From the NCBI GenBank assembly GCA_028534125.1, contig CM052816.1:6884001-6948000 (forward strand): DNA of 64,000 nt, given 5' to 3'. Positions within the stretch are counted from its first letter, which is position 1, and each line of letters opens with the position of its first letter. Below, in pieces: positions 53,641 to 64,000 of this stretch. The notes below the pieces were generated by a model. That model was not told where the DNA came from. It worked only from the letters and a program-made list of their open reading frames with translations, and searched no databases. This stretch comes from Lama glama (taxonomy: Eukaryota). The position numbers and the translations under genes are program-made.

Positions 53641-53754
53641 AAGGTATTTAATGTAATTGAACAACACAAGGCCATTTGTGGTCAGATAAATAGACCCTAA
53701 GGGCTAGGATTCTGAGTAATTTGTAAGCGTAAAAAAATTAAGACAGAGAACACG

Positions 53755-54122
53755 AACTAGTGACCCACAAGGTACATCTGAATCCTAAACATCTTTAATC
53801 CAATGGTGTCATAATATTTTAAAGGGAACTGTCAACATTTAAAAACCAGGAGATTTTTCAGAATAAATATTGACTTTCATATTCTTTTGAGAATAAGAAG
53901 ATTTGATCATTCTGGGCCCAGATGGCTATAACTAAGTGGAGTAGAATGGTTCCTCCTTGGGTGGGCAAGGGCTTTCAGTTTACCACTGTCCCCACCACTT
54001 CCTAACATCCTGCAAAGTGCCTTTATTATCACACCTTCACTGTGTTGTTTAAAAAAAAACCTACCAACTCAACTGTTTTCTCTTACCTGATTCCTATAGG
54101 TAGCTGAGTCTACGATCCATGA
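53755..54122 (+). mobile_element. MER102-like hAT-Charlie element
   Basis: 'aacatttaaaaaccaggagatttttcagaataaat...gaagatttgatcattctgggccc'. Confidence 0.6.
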
Positions 54123-54182
54123 GTCAGCAAAAACGTAGTCAAACAGTGAAAAGTCGGGGAGGCAAATGCCGTTACCAACACT

Positions 54183-54360
54183 TAACAGCTGGGCTCAATC
54201 CTGGCTGTACAACAGACGCAGCAGGAAGGTTTAAAAATCCCAAGGCCCAGACTACACCCTGTAGACCAATTACAACAGGGTGTCTGGGTGGGACCTGGGC
54301 ATCAGTGTTTTTAAAGCCCTCCTGGAGATTCCAATGTGTAGCCAAGGTTGAGAGCCACTG
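54183..54360 (-). mobile_element. MER5-like MITE
   Basis: 'ctgggcatcagtgtttttaaagccctcctggagattccaatgtgtagccaaggttgagagccactg'. Confidence 0.8.
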
Positions 54361-54586
54361 TTTTAGGGGAAAAGGTGCTGGTAGGGGGAATTCAGACTGA
54401 TGCGAGGATGAGAAAGGAGGTAGCAAGGAGTTGGGAGACAGCCTGGATGTAAAATCTAGCTCTTCCATAGCACAGCTGTGCTTACTTAACTAGCAGTTTA
54501 CTTCTCGGGCCTCTGTGCTCTCATCCTAAAAGGAGAGTCATTTATACTCATATTCTTTGAATAAGCTACCTACATCATTCATTCTT

Positions 54587-54918
54587 TTTTTCTTACAAAA
54601 TAATGGCTATATTCCCTGGGTTGTACTACATATTCTCATGGCCTATCTTACACCAGTAGTTTAAACCTCCCACTTCCCAACCCGTATATTGCCCCACCCC
54701 CTCCCTCCCCTCACTGGTAATCACTATATTGTTTTCTCTGTGAGTCTGATTCCTTTTTGTAATATTCACTAGTGTAGTATTTTTTAGATTCCACATTTAA
54801 GTGAAATCATACAATATCTATCTTTCTCTGACTTACTTCACTTAGCATAATGCCTTCCAAATCCACCCATGTTACTGCAAATGGCAAAATTTCATTTTTT
54901 TATGACTGAGTACAATTC

Positions 54919-54977
<59 letters not shown>

Positions 54978-55072
54978 CCACATCTTCTGTATCCATTTAT
55001 CTGTTGACAGACACTTAGGCTGCTTCCATATCTCAGCAACTGTAAATAACGCTGCTGTGAACACTGGGGTAC
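54587..55072 (-). mobile_element. Antisense L1 3' fragment with a 15-bp TSD, containing (TG)n at 54924-54968
   Basis: 'ttagattccacatttaagtgaaatcatacaat' and 'tccatttatctgttgacagacacttaggctgcttcca'. TSD acatcattcattctt at 54572-54586 and 55073-55087. Confidence 0.92.
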
Positions 55073-55445
55073 ACATCATTCATTCTTCCAGTGCCTATTT
55101 ACTACGTGCCTACACAGGTAACAAGACAGACTTGATGGAGTTTGCCATCTCCTGGAGAAGGTAGATATGGAGCACATAATTCCAAATGTGCTCAGCGTTA
55201 GGAAAGAGACATTCACTGTGAACAGAGAGCCTGTGAGAGGGCTAAGTTAAAGCTGAGAGATCTGCTCTTGTATTGGATTCAGCCACGAAAAGTGAGGGGA
55301 GGTGGGAGAGAAAGTTCCAAGAAATAGGAAAAGTGTATGAGAAGGTCCCAGATGGGAAAATGGAGCCACAGGGGTGGCTCTGAGAGGAGACAGATCCTCC
55401 AAGTCTGAGAGCCCGCACGGTGTGGTGCAGCCGTTTCACACTCAC

Positions 55446-55546
55446 CCAGGCACGGGAGCCCTTTCCTCCAGCAAAAGCCTCTGTGGAAGCCATTCCCGTA
55501 AAGCATAAAAGGAGAGCTCCTCCGGTTGCAGCCGCTGCCGTGTTTG
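55446..55546 (-). other. Candidate exon (101 nt)
   Basis: Minus strand: acceptor 'atttgccttcttcag' and donor 'TGG|gtgagt'. CpG-containing and not repeat-like. Confidence 0.3.
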
Positions 55547-55569
55547 CTGAAGAAGGCAAATATTTCAGC

Positions 55570-55735
55570 CCAGGCCTTCACCAACTCCAACATATACAAA
55601 GATCACCTGGGGATCTTGTTAAAGACAGATTCTGACTGAGGAGGCCTGGGGTGGGGCTTGAGATTCTGCATTTCTAATAGCCCCCAGGTGACGGCAGCCA
55701 ACGCTGCTAATCTACCAACATCACTTGGAGCAAGA
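55570..55735 (+). mobile_element. MER5A-like MITE
   Basis: 'atcacctggggatcttgttaaagacagattctgactgaggaggcctggggtggggcttgagattctgcatttctaa'. Confidence 0.85.
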
Positions 55736-56679
55736 AGATCCTAACCACCTATCAGGCAGTTAACCAGGACCCAAGAAGAAGCAGGAGATGGCCAGATGAC
55801 CTCTCCAGATCTAAAGGCAGCCCCTTGTGGGATGAGTTTTCAGCAATGTGTGAGTCCATAGGTAAAGCTGAGACATCACTGTGAGTTGGGAACCTGGATG
55901 TGCTACTCTTATCAAGGTTGTTCTTACACATGCACATACCTGCTTCCATGTGAGTATGTGTGTGTTTCTTTAAGCAGTGGGTATGCGTATGTGTGTGCAC
56001 ACCTCCACAAATGCTCACAAGTAGAACAAGACTGATGGGCGCTAAAAATAGTTTCTGGGAGTTATAGCAGCATAATCCGGATTTAGAAGAAAATAAATTA
56101 TTTGATCTGTCATTCTGATGTCAACGGGTCACTTACAATCCACCCAACTCTTGCGCTGTTATTTGAGTTCCACTGACAGGAAAGGAGTGAGGACATGGTG
56201 CCTCATAAAAGAATTCTCTCTCCTCCCAAGGCTTGGTTTGAAGGGCTCCCTCTGCTCCATGGGCATCCCCAAATGGCGCACAGTCCAATGTTTCCATGCC
56301 TGGAGAGCAAAGGGCTCAGACTGCCTTGGGATTGCAGGAAGATTTTAAGATCTCCTGCCCAAAGCTATGCCCCCACCACAGGCTACAATTACAATGCCTG
56401 AACCCACACTATTGGAGTTTGTGCTCCCATAATCTAAAGATTTCCAACCTAAAGGATTTGCAGTCTTCTATACAGGATAATACTTTAAGCTGTTATCCTG
56501 TAACTCTTCAGGGAATTTGAAGACCAGTAATTGAAGGCAAGGCATTCTGGAATGAGACCTTGGATATGAGCCACCGGTTTTGTAAAATCACCATAAGAGT
56601 AATTATGATCCTTAGTTGTGCTAATAAGGAGGTACAAATTAAAAGAGATGATGATTCCAAAGAATTCCATGTATTCTGA

Positions 56680-56859
56680 TCCCATCCAGCATCCAGAGTG
56701 ATCTTAAAAAGACCAATCTTTGTGAAGCTTCTTCACCACTTAAAGCCCTTTAGTGGCTGGCCACTGCTCTTAAAAGAAAGACCTAAGTCCTTAAATGACC
56801 TACGAAGTCCTGCACCACACAGCCCCAGTCATCACTCTAGCCCCATACCTCCCACTGCC

Positions 56860-56890
<31 letters not shown>

Positions 56891-57090
56891 ACTAAGCACC
56901 ATCCATGCTGGCTTGCTTTCAGCTCCTGCCATATGCCAAGATCTTCTCCTCAGGACCTCTGCACCCGCTGTTTACTCTGTTTGGATTGCTCTCCTCTCCC
57001 TCTTCACCTGTCCAGCTCTTGCTCATCCTGGAAGCCTCAGCTTAAAAGCTACTTCCTTGGTTAAGCTTTCCATGACTCCACAGTCTATGC
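56680..57090 (+). mobile_element. L2 fragment
   Basis: 'ccagagtgatcttaaaa...ttaaagccctttagtggct...ctcaggacctctgcacccgctgtt'. Confidence 0.75.
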
Positions 57091-57184
57091 ATCCTGGTGT
57101 CTTCTGCCCCATCATAGTAGTAGTAACAATAGCTAATACCTTCTCAGAGTTTACAATTTGCCAAGCTTGACTCTAAGCACTTTT

Positions 57185-57261
57185 CTTTTTTTTTTCAAAC
57201 TGAAAGAACTGTTTATTTCCTTCAATACTAAAAAAGAAACAGGGAAAACCAAAATAGATGA
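57185..57261 (-). pseudogene. Tiny processed-transcript 3'-end retrocopy inside a MIR
   Basis: Minus strand: AATAAA (57212-57217), 16 nt, then A10. 11-bp TSD taagcactttt at 57174-57184 and 57262-57272. Confidence 0.7.
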
Positions 57262-60200
57262 TAAGCACTTTTTATATATTAACTATTAATAACTATTAAC
57301 TACTAACAAAGTAGTTATTATTATTTCCCCCTCATTCAACAAACAGGAAAACTGTGGACCAGAAACACTGAACAATTTGACCAATGGCACGAGATGGTAA
57401 GTGGTGTAGCTGGAGTTCAGACCCACCCACTCTAACTTCAGAATTCCTCATTCATTGTGTTGTTCCCATCAGACCTCAAAAGCCAGGAAGCAGGTTCCAA
57501 TCATCACTCCATCACCAGCACCCAGCACAACACCTGGCACACAGCAGGCATCTAGTAAACATTATTCATTTGTTGTATAATAAAGATTACTCACTTGTTG
57601 AAACTAATTGAACAAGTAAATTAGGGTGAGGCCCAAGGAGTGATGAGAAATTAAATCATAAGAGAAATGGCTGAGGGTAAAGGGAAAGAAAGCTCAGCTA
57701 AGAGAAAAGCTACCAGGCCAACCTGAAAATTAGGAAAGAAACAGGTTTCTTCTGACTGGCTACAGAGGACAGAGCCAGAAACAATTGATTAAAAAAAAAA
57801 TCACAGAAAGGAGATTTCAGCTTAGTCGAACGGGCATCATTCAGTGTTACAGCAAAATACAGAGTGCTTCCCGTAGGTAGTCAAGCAAGGGCTGGATAAG
57901 TATTTGATAGGAAGGTACCTGGAGCACCTCACACTTCAGACAAGGATCCAAACTGGATCCTCTCTGTGTGTCCCTCCAACCCTTACAGTCTAAGGACCTG
58001 AGAGTCCCATCCACCCACCCCATCTACCCTTCAACCCCTAAATTCCAAAGAAAAACTTTCAGCAGGGAAGTAAACCCATAGAGGCTGTCGTAATTTGTTC
58101 CTAGCTGAGAATAAAAAGATTAATTAGAGTCTTAACAAATAGCAGAAAAGGATGACTCTTCCCTGTAAGAGCCTTGTAGCCCAGGGACAGGAAAGTTGGG
58201 CTCTTCACGAAACAATGAAGCCCTTTCTTAACCCACGAAAGGCGCCCTAGGTAATTCCACCACTCCGCTGCCCTGCCTCTCACAGAACAAAGCACCGCTC
58301 TGAGGGACGGAAGGGACACCTGGAGCTTCCTTGAAGCTGTGGCTGAGAGGTTTTATTTGCATTTAGTTGGAGACAGAAGGGTACTTCTACTAGATAACCA
58401 CTGAATGTCTTCCCCATTTATATTTTGATTTGATGAATTAAATGAGATTGAATCGTGGCATGTCCTAACTACAAGAAAACTTAAATCATCCAATCTCATC
58501 CAACTCTGCCTTCTGGAGAAGGAAACTCAGGCACAGACTGGGGAGGTGGATTATCCAAGGCTGCATAGTAAATTGGTAGCAAAATTGGAACTCAGCCACT
58601 CATCTCCCAACCTCTCCTGTACAGCTTATTTTTTCCCAATTTTCCAAAACTATTTTCTCACAATCGGTGCTTTCTGAGATCAGGCAGTCCCCGTGTGCCC
58701 AACTTCTGTGTCACCCACAGGGAGAACATTTCAAGGTTTTACTTGATGGATGAGCCATTCGTGACCAGAAATTAACTTCCAATTCTTGAATAACCTTTTC
58801 ATAGGGACCAGGTGATTTCTCTGTGCTCATGAAGGCTAGATATGCTCTGGAAACAGAAGCAGAACAGAAACCAGAAGGGCATGTGCCCAGATGACTACCC
58901 AAGACACCATCAGGCAGTCTGATGTATATCTGGGGCCTGGACTGGCGAACCAGCTCTCACTAAAGCATTAGAAAAAAGAAGATCTAGAATGAGTAAGCTA
59001 GCAATAACCTTAAAAATTTCCCAATCCATTGATTCCCCCCAAACTAGTTCCTGCATCTACGATGGTGAAATGAAAAACTAAGGAAAAGTTTAGTAACGCT
59101 TGTGTGTATGCATAGACACCTTTCCTGAGAGGCTCCCTTTATTCTGAGGTGATATTCTTCCTTCTTGTATAGTTATTACCTATCCCGCTCTTTATAAAAT
59201 AGTGAAGGTCATAAGTGGTAACTGGTTTGGGTTTTGTTTTTAATATTTTTACCAGCAAAATCAAAGTTTACATCAAAGTTGACAACCCTGTGTTTGGGTA
59301 CCTCAATTTTTTGGAAATGTTAGAAATCCATGAGGTTTGGAAACTACTGATCTAAAAGTAGCCTTCTCTTTTTACAGCTGTGGAGGGCAGAGGACCCTGA
59401 GAAAAAATTGAACGTCTCTATATTCTCATAGTTGATTGGGCAAGGAATAAAGTAAACTGAATGCAAAGCTTGAGCAGCCATAAAAGTACTCCCACCTCAG
59501 CCTTCAAGTTGCTATGTGATCCCGGGCAGGTTGCTTAACGTTGGGCCTCTACTTCCTCATCTGGAAAACGGGCACAGTGATCCCTTCTCCAACTTCCCCA
59601 TAGGTAGCCTAGGTCAACGTATCTGACGGTACTGTGCACGTAAGTATAACCATAACCAGCTCTGTGCAAACGGCTGCAAACTCCAGTGCCTGTAGGCTCG
59701 GCAGGCAATGGAAATAAGTGAAGCAGGCAAGTATGCATGAGCAGGCGGCAGCCGCCATCAGTCTCAGCGTGGATGCCACCCTGAGGCACAGTGCAGAGTG
59801 GGGAGAACTATCAAGTCTGGCACATGAAGAGAGGAGAGTGGCCACCCCAGCCAATTTTTGCCATATAGTAGGGTGGGCCAAGTATAACCAGATATTCTCA
59901 TTGTCTAAGACACTGGAACTGTACATTTTCATTAGCTATCTTTGATTTTTAAATGTTGACCACAAGTACAAATTAGAAAAATTGGAAAAGATGAACAAAA
60001 TAATGCTATATCTGGGCTGACCACATGCAAACCTCTGGTCTCCGTGATGCCACTTCACTCTTATTCTTGAAGCCCCATGGGCAGCTCAGATCAGTAAGCA
60101 CCAAAGTGCCCTTTATTGTCTAATGACAAGAACATGGCTCAGACCAACCTGAACAATACAAACGTGCAGTGAGGATCAGCCCCTGAGGACGTGTAGAGAC

Positions 60201-60881
60201 ATTTCTGCGCTGGGCAAGGGATAAAGCTAGTTGCAAAACACTTCATGAATTAGGATGACAGTCTCTGTAAAGGCTGTCCTCTATACTTAAATGCTCAGGA
60301 TTTCTCTGGACCCTCTAGCCAGCTTAAAACACAATTTCCTCATCCTGAAAACGGGACCAATTATACATGTCTTGCCTACTTAGATAAGGCATTGTATCTA
60401 ATTTGAACAGAGCAAAAATGGTAAATACATGGCAAGACCATTATGTCCCTGACAGTGAAGGTGATGAGGATGATAAGTAGCAGTGTGCCAGGCACCACTG
60501 TATATTAGGAATAGTAATTAATTTAATCCTCTGGCAACCCCATGAGGTAGCCACTATTATCACTAGCATTTCATAAATATGAAAACTACAGCACAGAAAG
60601 GTGAAGTCATTGTCCAATGCTGCACAGATGAGAAGTGGCAGACCTGGGAGCCAACTGATTGCAAGCTTCCTTCCTGAGCCTCAGAATCCTCGTCCCTAAA
60701 CTGATCCAAGTAGCCCCTACAAACTGATCAAGGTGGCACACAGATTAACATCTATTTTCCCAACTCAGGCCTAATTCAATGCCTGGCACAAAAGAGGTGC
60801 CATTACTCTCACTAAATATTAGCTCCCTCCCTCCAGCTTCCCTGCTTGTTGTGAAGATCAAATCACAGGATGAGTAGAAGG

Positions 60882-61125
60882 CAGAGCATCTCAGCCTCAG
60901 CACTACTGGCATTTTGGGTCGGATGATTTTTGGTTGCGGGGTGGGGCAGGGGGTGGCTATCCTGCACACTTTACGATACTTAGCAGCGGCCCTCGTCTCG
61001 CCCTACTAGATGCCAGGAGCCCACTCATACCACCCCCTTTTTCCGACTGTGACAACCAAAACTGTCTTGGATCATTGCCAAATGTCACTAGAGGGGCAAA
61101 ACTGTTCCCCAGTTGAGACCCACTG
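60882..61125 (+). mobile_element. MER20 hAT transposon
   Basis: 'ctcagcactactggcattttgggtcggatgattttt..ctactagatgccag..gtgacaaccaaaa..cattgccaaatgtc..cagttgagacccactg'. Confidence 0.88.
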
Positions 61126-61377
61126 GGGTGAGGTCTGATGAGTCAAATTCCCCCTCCTGGACCTGCAGTGAGTCACCCTGACTCCCTGTGCTTCTCACAG
61201 CTGCCAAGCCCCACCCAGTACTGTGAGGTGTCTCCACCCCCGATTGTGGAGTAAGAGGCATCTCCCCAGGAACTGTCTCTGCTGCTCTGAAACAGATCCC
61301 CAAGAACCTTCCATCTTAAGGATTTCACTGTTAATTCCCGCAGGAAATAGATGAGGTTGGAGAACCTCATCTGTACA

Positions 61378-61547
61378 CTCTACAGCATTCTGTATCACTT
61401 TGGCTGGTCTTTGTTGGAATATTGGTTGCCAGAGTACCCGTTACCTCAGAAGGTGGTCCAATTCCATGGAACATGTCTCTTTGCTACAGGCATCTTTTTA
61501 AATTGAACTGAATATGCCTTCTTGAAACTCTATGCAAAAAGCACTGA
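61378..61547 (+). repeat. Local duplication copy 1 (about 90% identical to 63495-63664)
   Basis: Manual alignment; colinear. Confidence 0.9.
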
Positions 61548-61849
61548 AACTGTTGCAGAGTTTTCCTAACAGAAGAGACATAATACCTCCCTCCCAGTGC
61601 TGGTCAAGGATTCAGTAAAGCCCTGGCATATGGGAAGCACTCAGGTAAATAATAACTACCAACAGCAACAGCCTGAACGTACTTTCCCTTCATTCAACAG
61701 ATACTCTTTCCATACCTTCTAGTTAGCACCAATTGAGTAATGGCTTTACTTAGATTATCCTACCCCTAATATTTACAAGGAAGGAACTGACCACATGGGC
61801 AGTTTACAGATCGAAAAACAGAGCTTCAGTGAAGCTACAACACTTGTCA

Positions 61850-62600
61850 TAAAAAGGAACCTTCCTACACTGTTGGTGGGAATGTAAACTGATGCAGCCA
61901 CTACTGGAGGACAGTATGGAGGTTCCTAAAAAAACTGAAAATAGAGTTACCATGTAATCCAGCAATCCCATTCCTGGGCATATATCTGGAGAAAACTCTA
62001 ATTCGAAAAGATACATGCACTCCAATGTTCACAGCAACACTATTTACAATAACCAAGACATGGAAACAACCCAAATGTCCATCAACATATGACTGGATAG
62101 AGAAGATGTGGTATATGTATACAACGAAATACTACTCAGTCATAAAAAATGAAATAATGCCATTTGCAGCACATGGATGGAAACAGAGATTATCATATTG
62201 AGTGAAGTCAGATAGAGAAATACAAGTATCATATGATACCACTTATATGTGAATCTAAAAAAAAATGATACAAATTCTATTTACAGACCAAAAACAAACT
62301 CAACAGACACAGAAAACAAACTATGGTTACCAAAGGAGAAAGGGTAGGAAAGGATAAGTTAGTGGCTGGGGATTAACAGACACACATTACTATATATAAA
62401 ATAGACAAAAAACAAGGACCTACTTTATAGTACAGGAAACTATATTCAATTTCTTACAATAGCATATAATGGAAAAGAATCTGAAAATAAAATACATATA
62501 CATGTATATGTATAACTGAATCACTTTGCTGTACAACTGAAACTAACATTGTAAATCAACCACACTTCAATAAAAAAAAATTTTTTTAATTAAAAAAAAG
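61850..62600 (+). mobile_element. L1 3' end (ORF2 C-terminus plus 3'UTR)
   Basis: 'ggaaccttcctacactgttggtgggaatgtaaa...atgttcacagcaacactatttacaataaccaagacatgg...cacttcaataaaaaaaa'. Confidence 0.92.
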
Positions 62601-63289
62601 GCACTTGCCAAGTGCAGGCTATACAACAGAGGAACAGGATTCCAGCCAACAGCCACTGCTATAGATGAAACGCAGCTTGGTACCGTGGGAAGAGATTCAC
62701 ACCACAGCAGTTCAGCCATTTAGTCTTTGGTGGGCTGGAGCCCATAACTCAACCTCCCTGAGGTCCAAGTCCCTCATTTACAAGACGAGGGGCCTGGAGG
62801 AGGGTGCCTCTGGCTCTAAAATTCCCTAACCCTCATCTGTCATCCCTTCGCAAACCTTCCTCCAAGACCAGTGGTGGTGATTCGTCATTTAACTAGCATC
62901 TTTTAAAAATGTTGAAGAAGAAAAAAAGAAGATTAACTCTCAAACTGAGTGTTTCCCATTATAAAACCTCATTTTCTCACTAAATACCGGATTAATGTTG
63001 TTTAAATTGTGTTGCCGGAATGAGTGGGGAAGGGGAGAAGTAATGAACTTCTGCTAAGCAAAAATGCTCATCAGCTGGGGAAGAAAAGCTAAATTAATGA
63101 GGAAGAAGCACTAAAAAACAATCACGTCAGGCCAGCTCTCTCTAGAATTATGTTATTAACAAAATGCAGCAAAACAGCAATTGGTTCAAAGCGGAGAACA
63201 ATGAAAGAGAAAAAGCAGTGGCTTGTTTACTCCCAGAACCCAGGAATGAGGAATGGGAAGGAAACTGTCAGCACAACATCCACCATAAG

Positions 63290-63490
63290 TAACCAAAATA
63301 ACAGGAACCACAACTGGTAAGGGCTTTCCATATATTATCTCATTTAACCCTCACAATCCAGGAAAATAAGCACCATCTCCATTTTACTGCTAAGGACACT
63401 ACATCTGGAGAGGTTTGCTTCCTTGCCCACACAGCTAGCAAATGACAGGCAGGATTTGAACCCAGATCTGAAATCAAATCTTGTTCTCAC
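63290..63490 (-). mobile_element. MIR SINE
   Basis: 'tattatctcatttaaccctcacaa..cacacagctagcaaatgacaggcaggatttgaacccag'. Confidence 0.8.
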
Positions 63491-63494
63491 AACC

Positions 63495-63664
63495 TCCACA
63501 GCATCCTGCATCACTTTGGCTGGTCTCTGTTGGAGTATCAGTTGCCAGGGTACCCACTACCTAAGAAGGTGGTCCAATTCCATGGAACGTATCTCTTTGC
63601 TATAGGCATCTTTTTAAATTGAACTGAATGTGCCTTCTTGAAATTCTATGCAAAAAGCACCGAT
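63495..63664 (+). repeat. Local duplication copy 2
   Basis: Manual alignment with 61378-61547. Confidence 0.9.
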
Positions 63665-63739
63665 GCTACCCCCACCAACTCCCAACCCCGCAACCCTGGT
63701 ATTCCACAGAACCAACCATCTCACTCTTCCCCACAGCAG

Positions 63740-63930
63740 CCCTTCAGTATTTTAAATTGATCACACTGACACTTGTCTTCTCCAGGATAAAAATACCCCA
63801 TCCTTTTCCTTATTCCCAATTTGGCAAGGTCTCCAGACCCTTCCTGTCTCAATCACCTTCTTCTTCAGGACGTGCTCAAGTTTGACAATGAGATTCTCAG
63901 AGAACCGAATCCAAATTTTTAAGTGTTTCC
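63740..63930 (-). mobile_element. L3/CR1-like ancient LINE fragment
   Basis: 'gtcttctccaggataaaaataccccatccttt..aaggtctccagaccc' resembles antisense L3. Confidence 0.45.
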
Positions 63931-64000
63931 CAGCCATCTCCTTCTTCAGTGTAGGCTGCAGAAGCTTTTCCTTTCAGTGTAGGCTTGCTACTTCTGTCAG

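Noticed and set aside
1..64000. Naming the host gene
   Set aside because: No exon translated into a protein I recognise, so any gene symbol would be a guess.

Overview
This is eutherian mammalian genomic DNA, most likely camelid, judging by a tRNA-derived SINE of the camelid vic-1 type and a recurring young L1 family. It is largely non-coding and repeat-rich: MIR, L2, L3/CR1, old and young L1, MaLR/ERVL LTRs and hAT DNA transposons (MER5, MER20, MER97, MER102). There are three 500-N assembly gaps. No intact protein-coding gene is recognisable; the listed ORFs are short, repeat-derived or run through N gaps. L1 strand bias, a few splice-site-bounded segments and a CpG/CRE/X-box region near 44.8-45.6 kb tentatively suggest an intron or 5' region of a large minus-strand gene that I cannot name. 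The most notable structures are: (1) a class I ERV gag-pro...3'LTR fragment with hallmarks of L1-mediated (processed) retrotransposition; (2) a ~280-bp, ~95%-identical direct repeat at both ends of the 18.8-kb contig between gaps 1 and 2, possibly marking a hidden tandem duplication; (3) a 77-bp mRNA 3'-end retrocopy with AATAAA, poly(A) and a TSD; (4) a local ~170-bp duplication; (5) a twin-primed L1. I found no evidence of a genuinely novel biological system. Repeat subfamily names come from recalled consensus similarity and need RepeatMasker/Dfam confirmation; boundaries are approximate unless a TSD fixes them.
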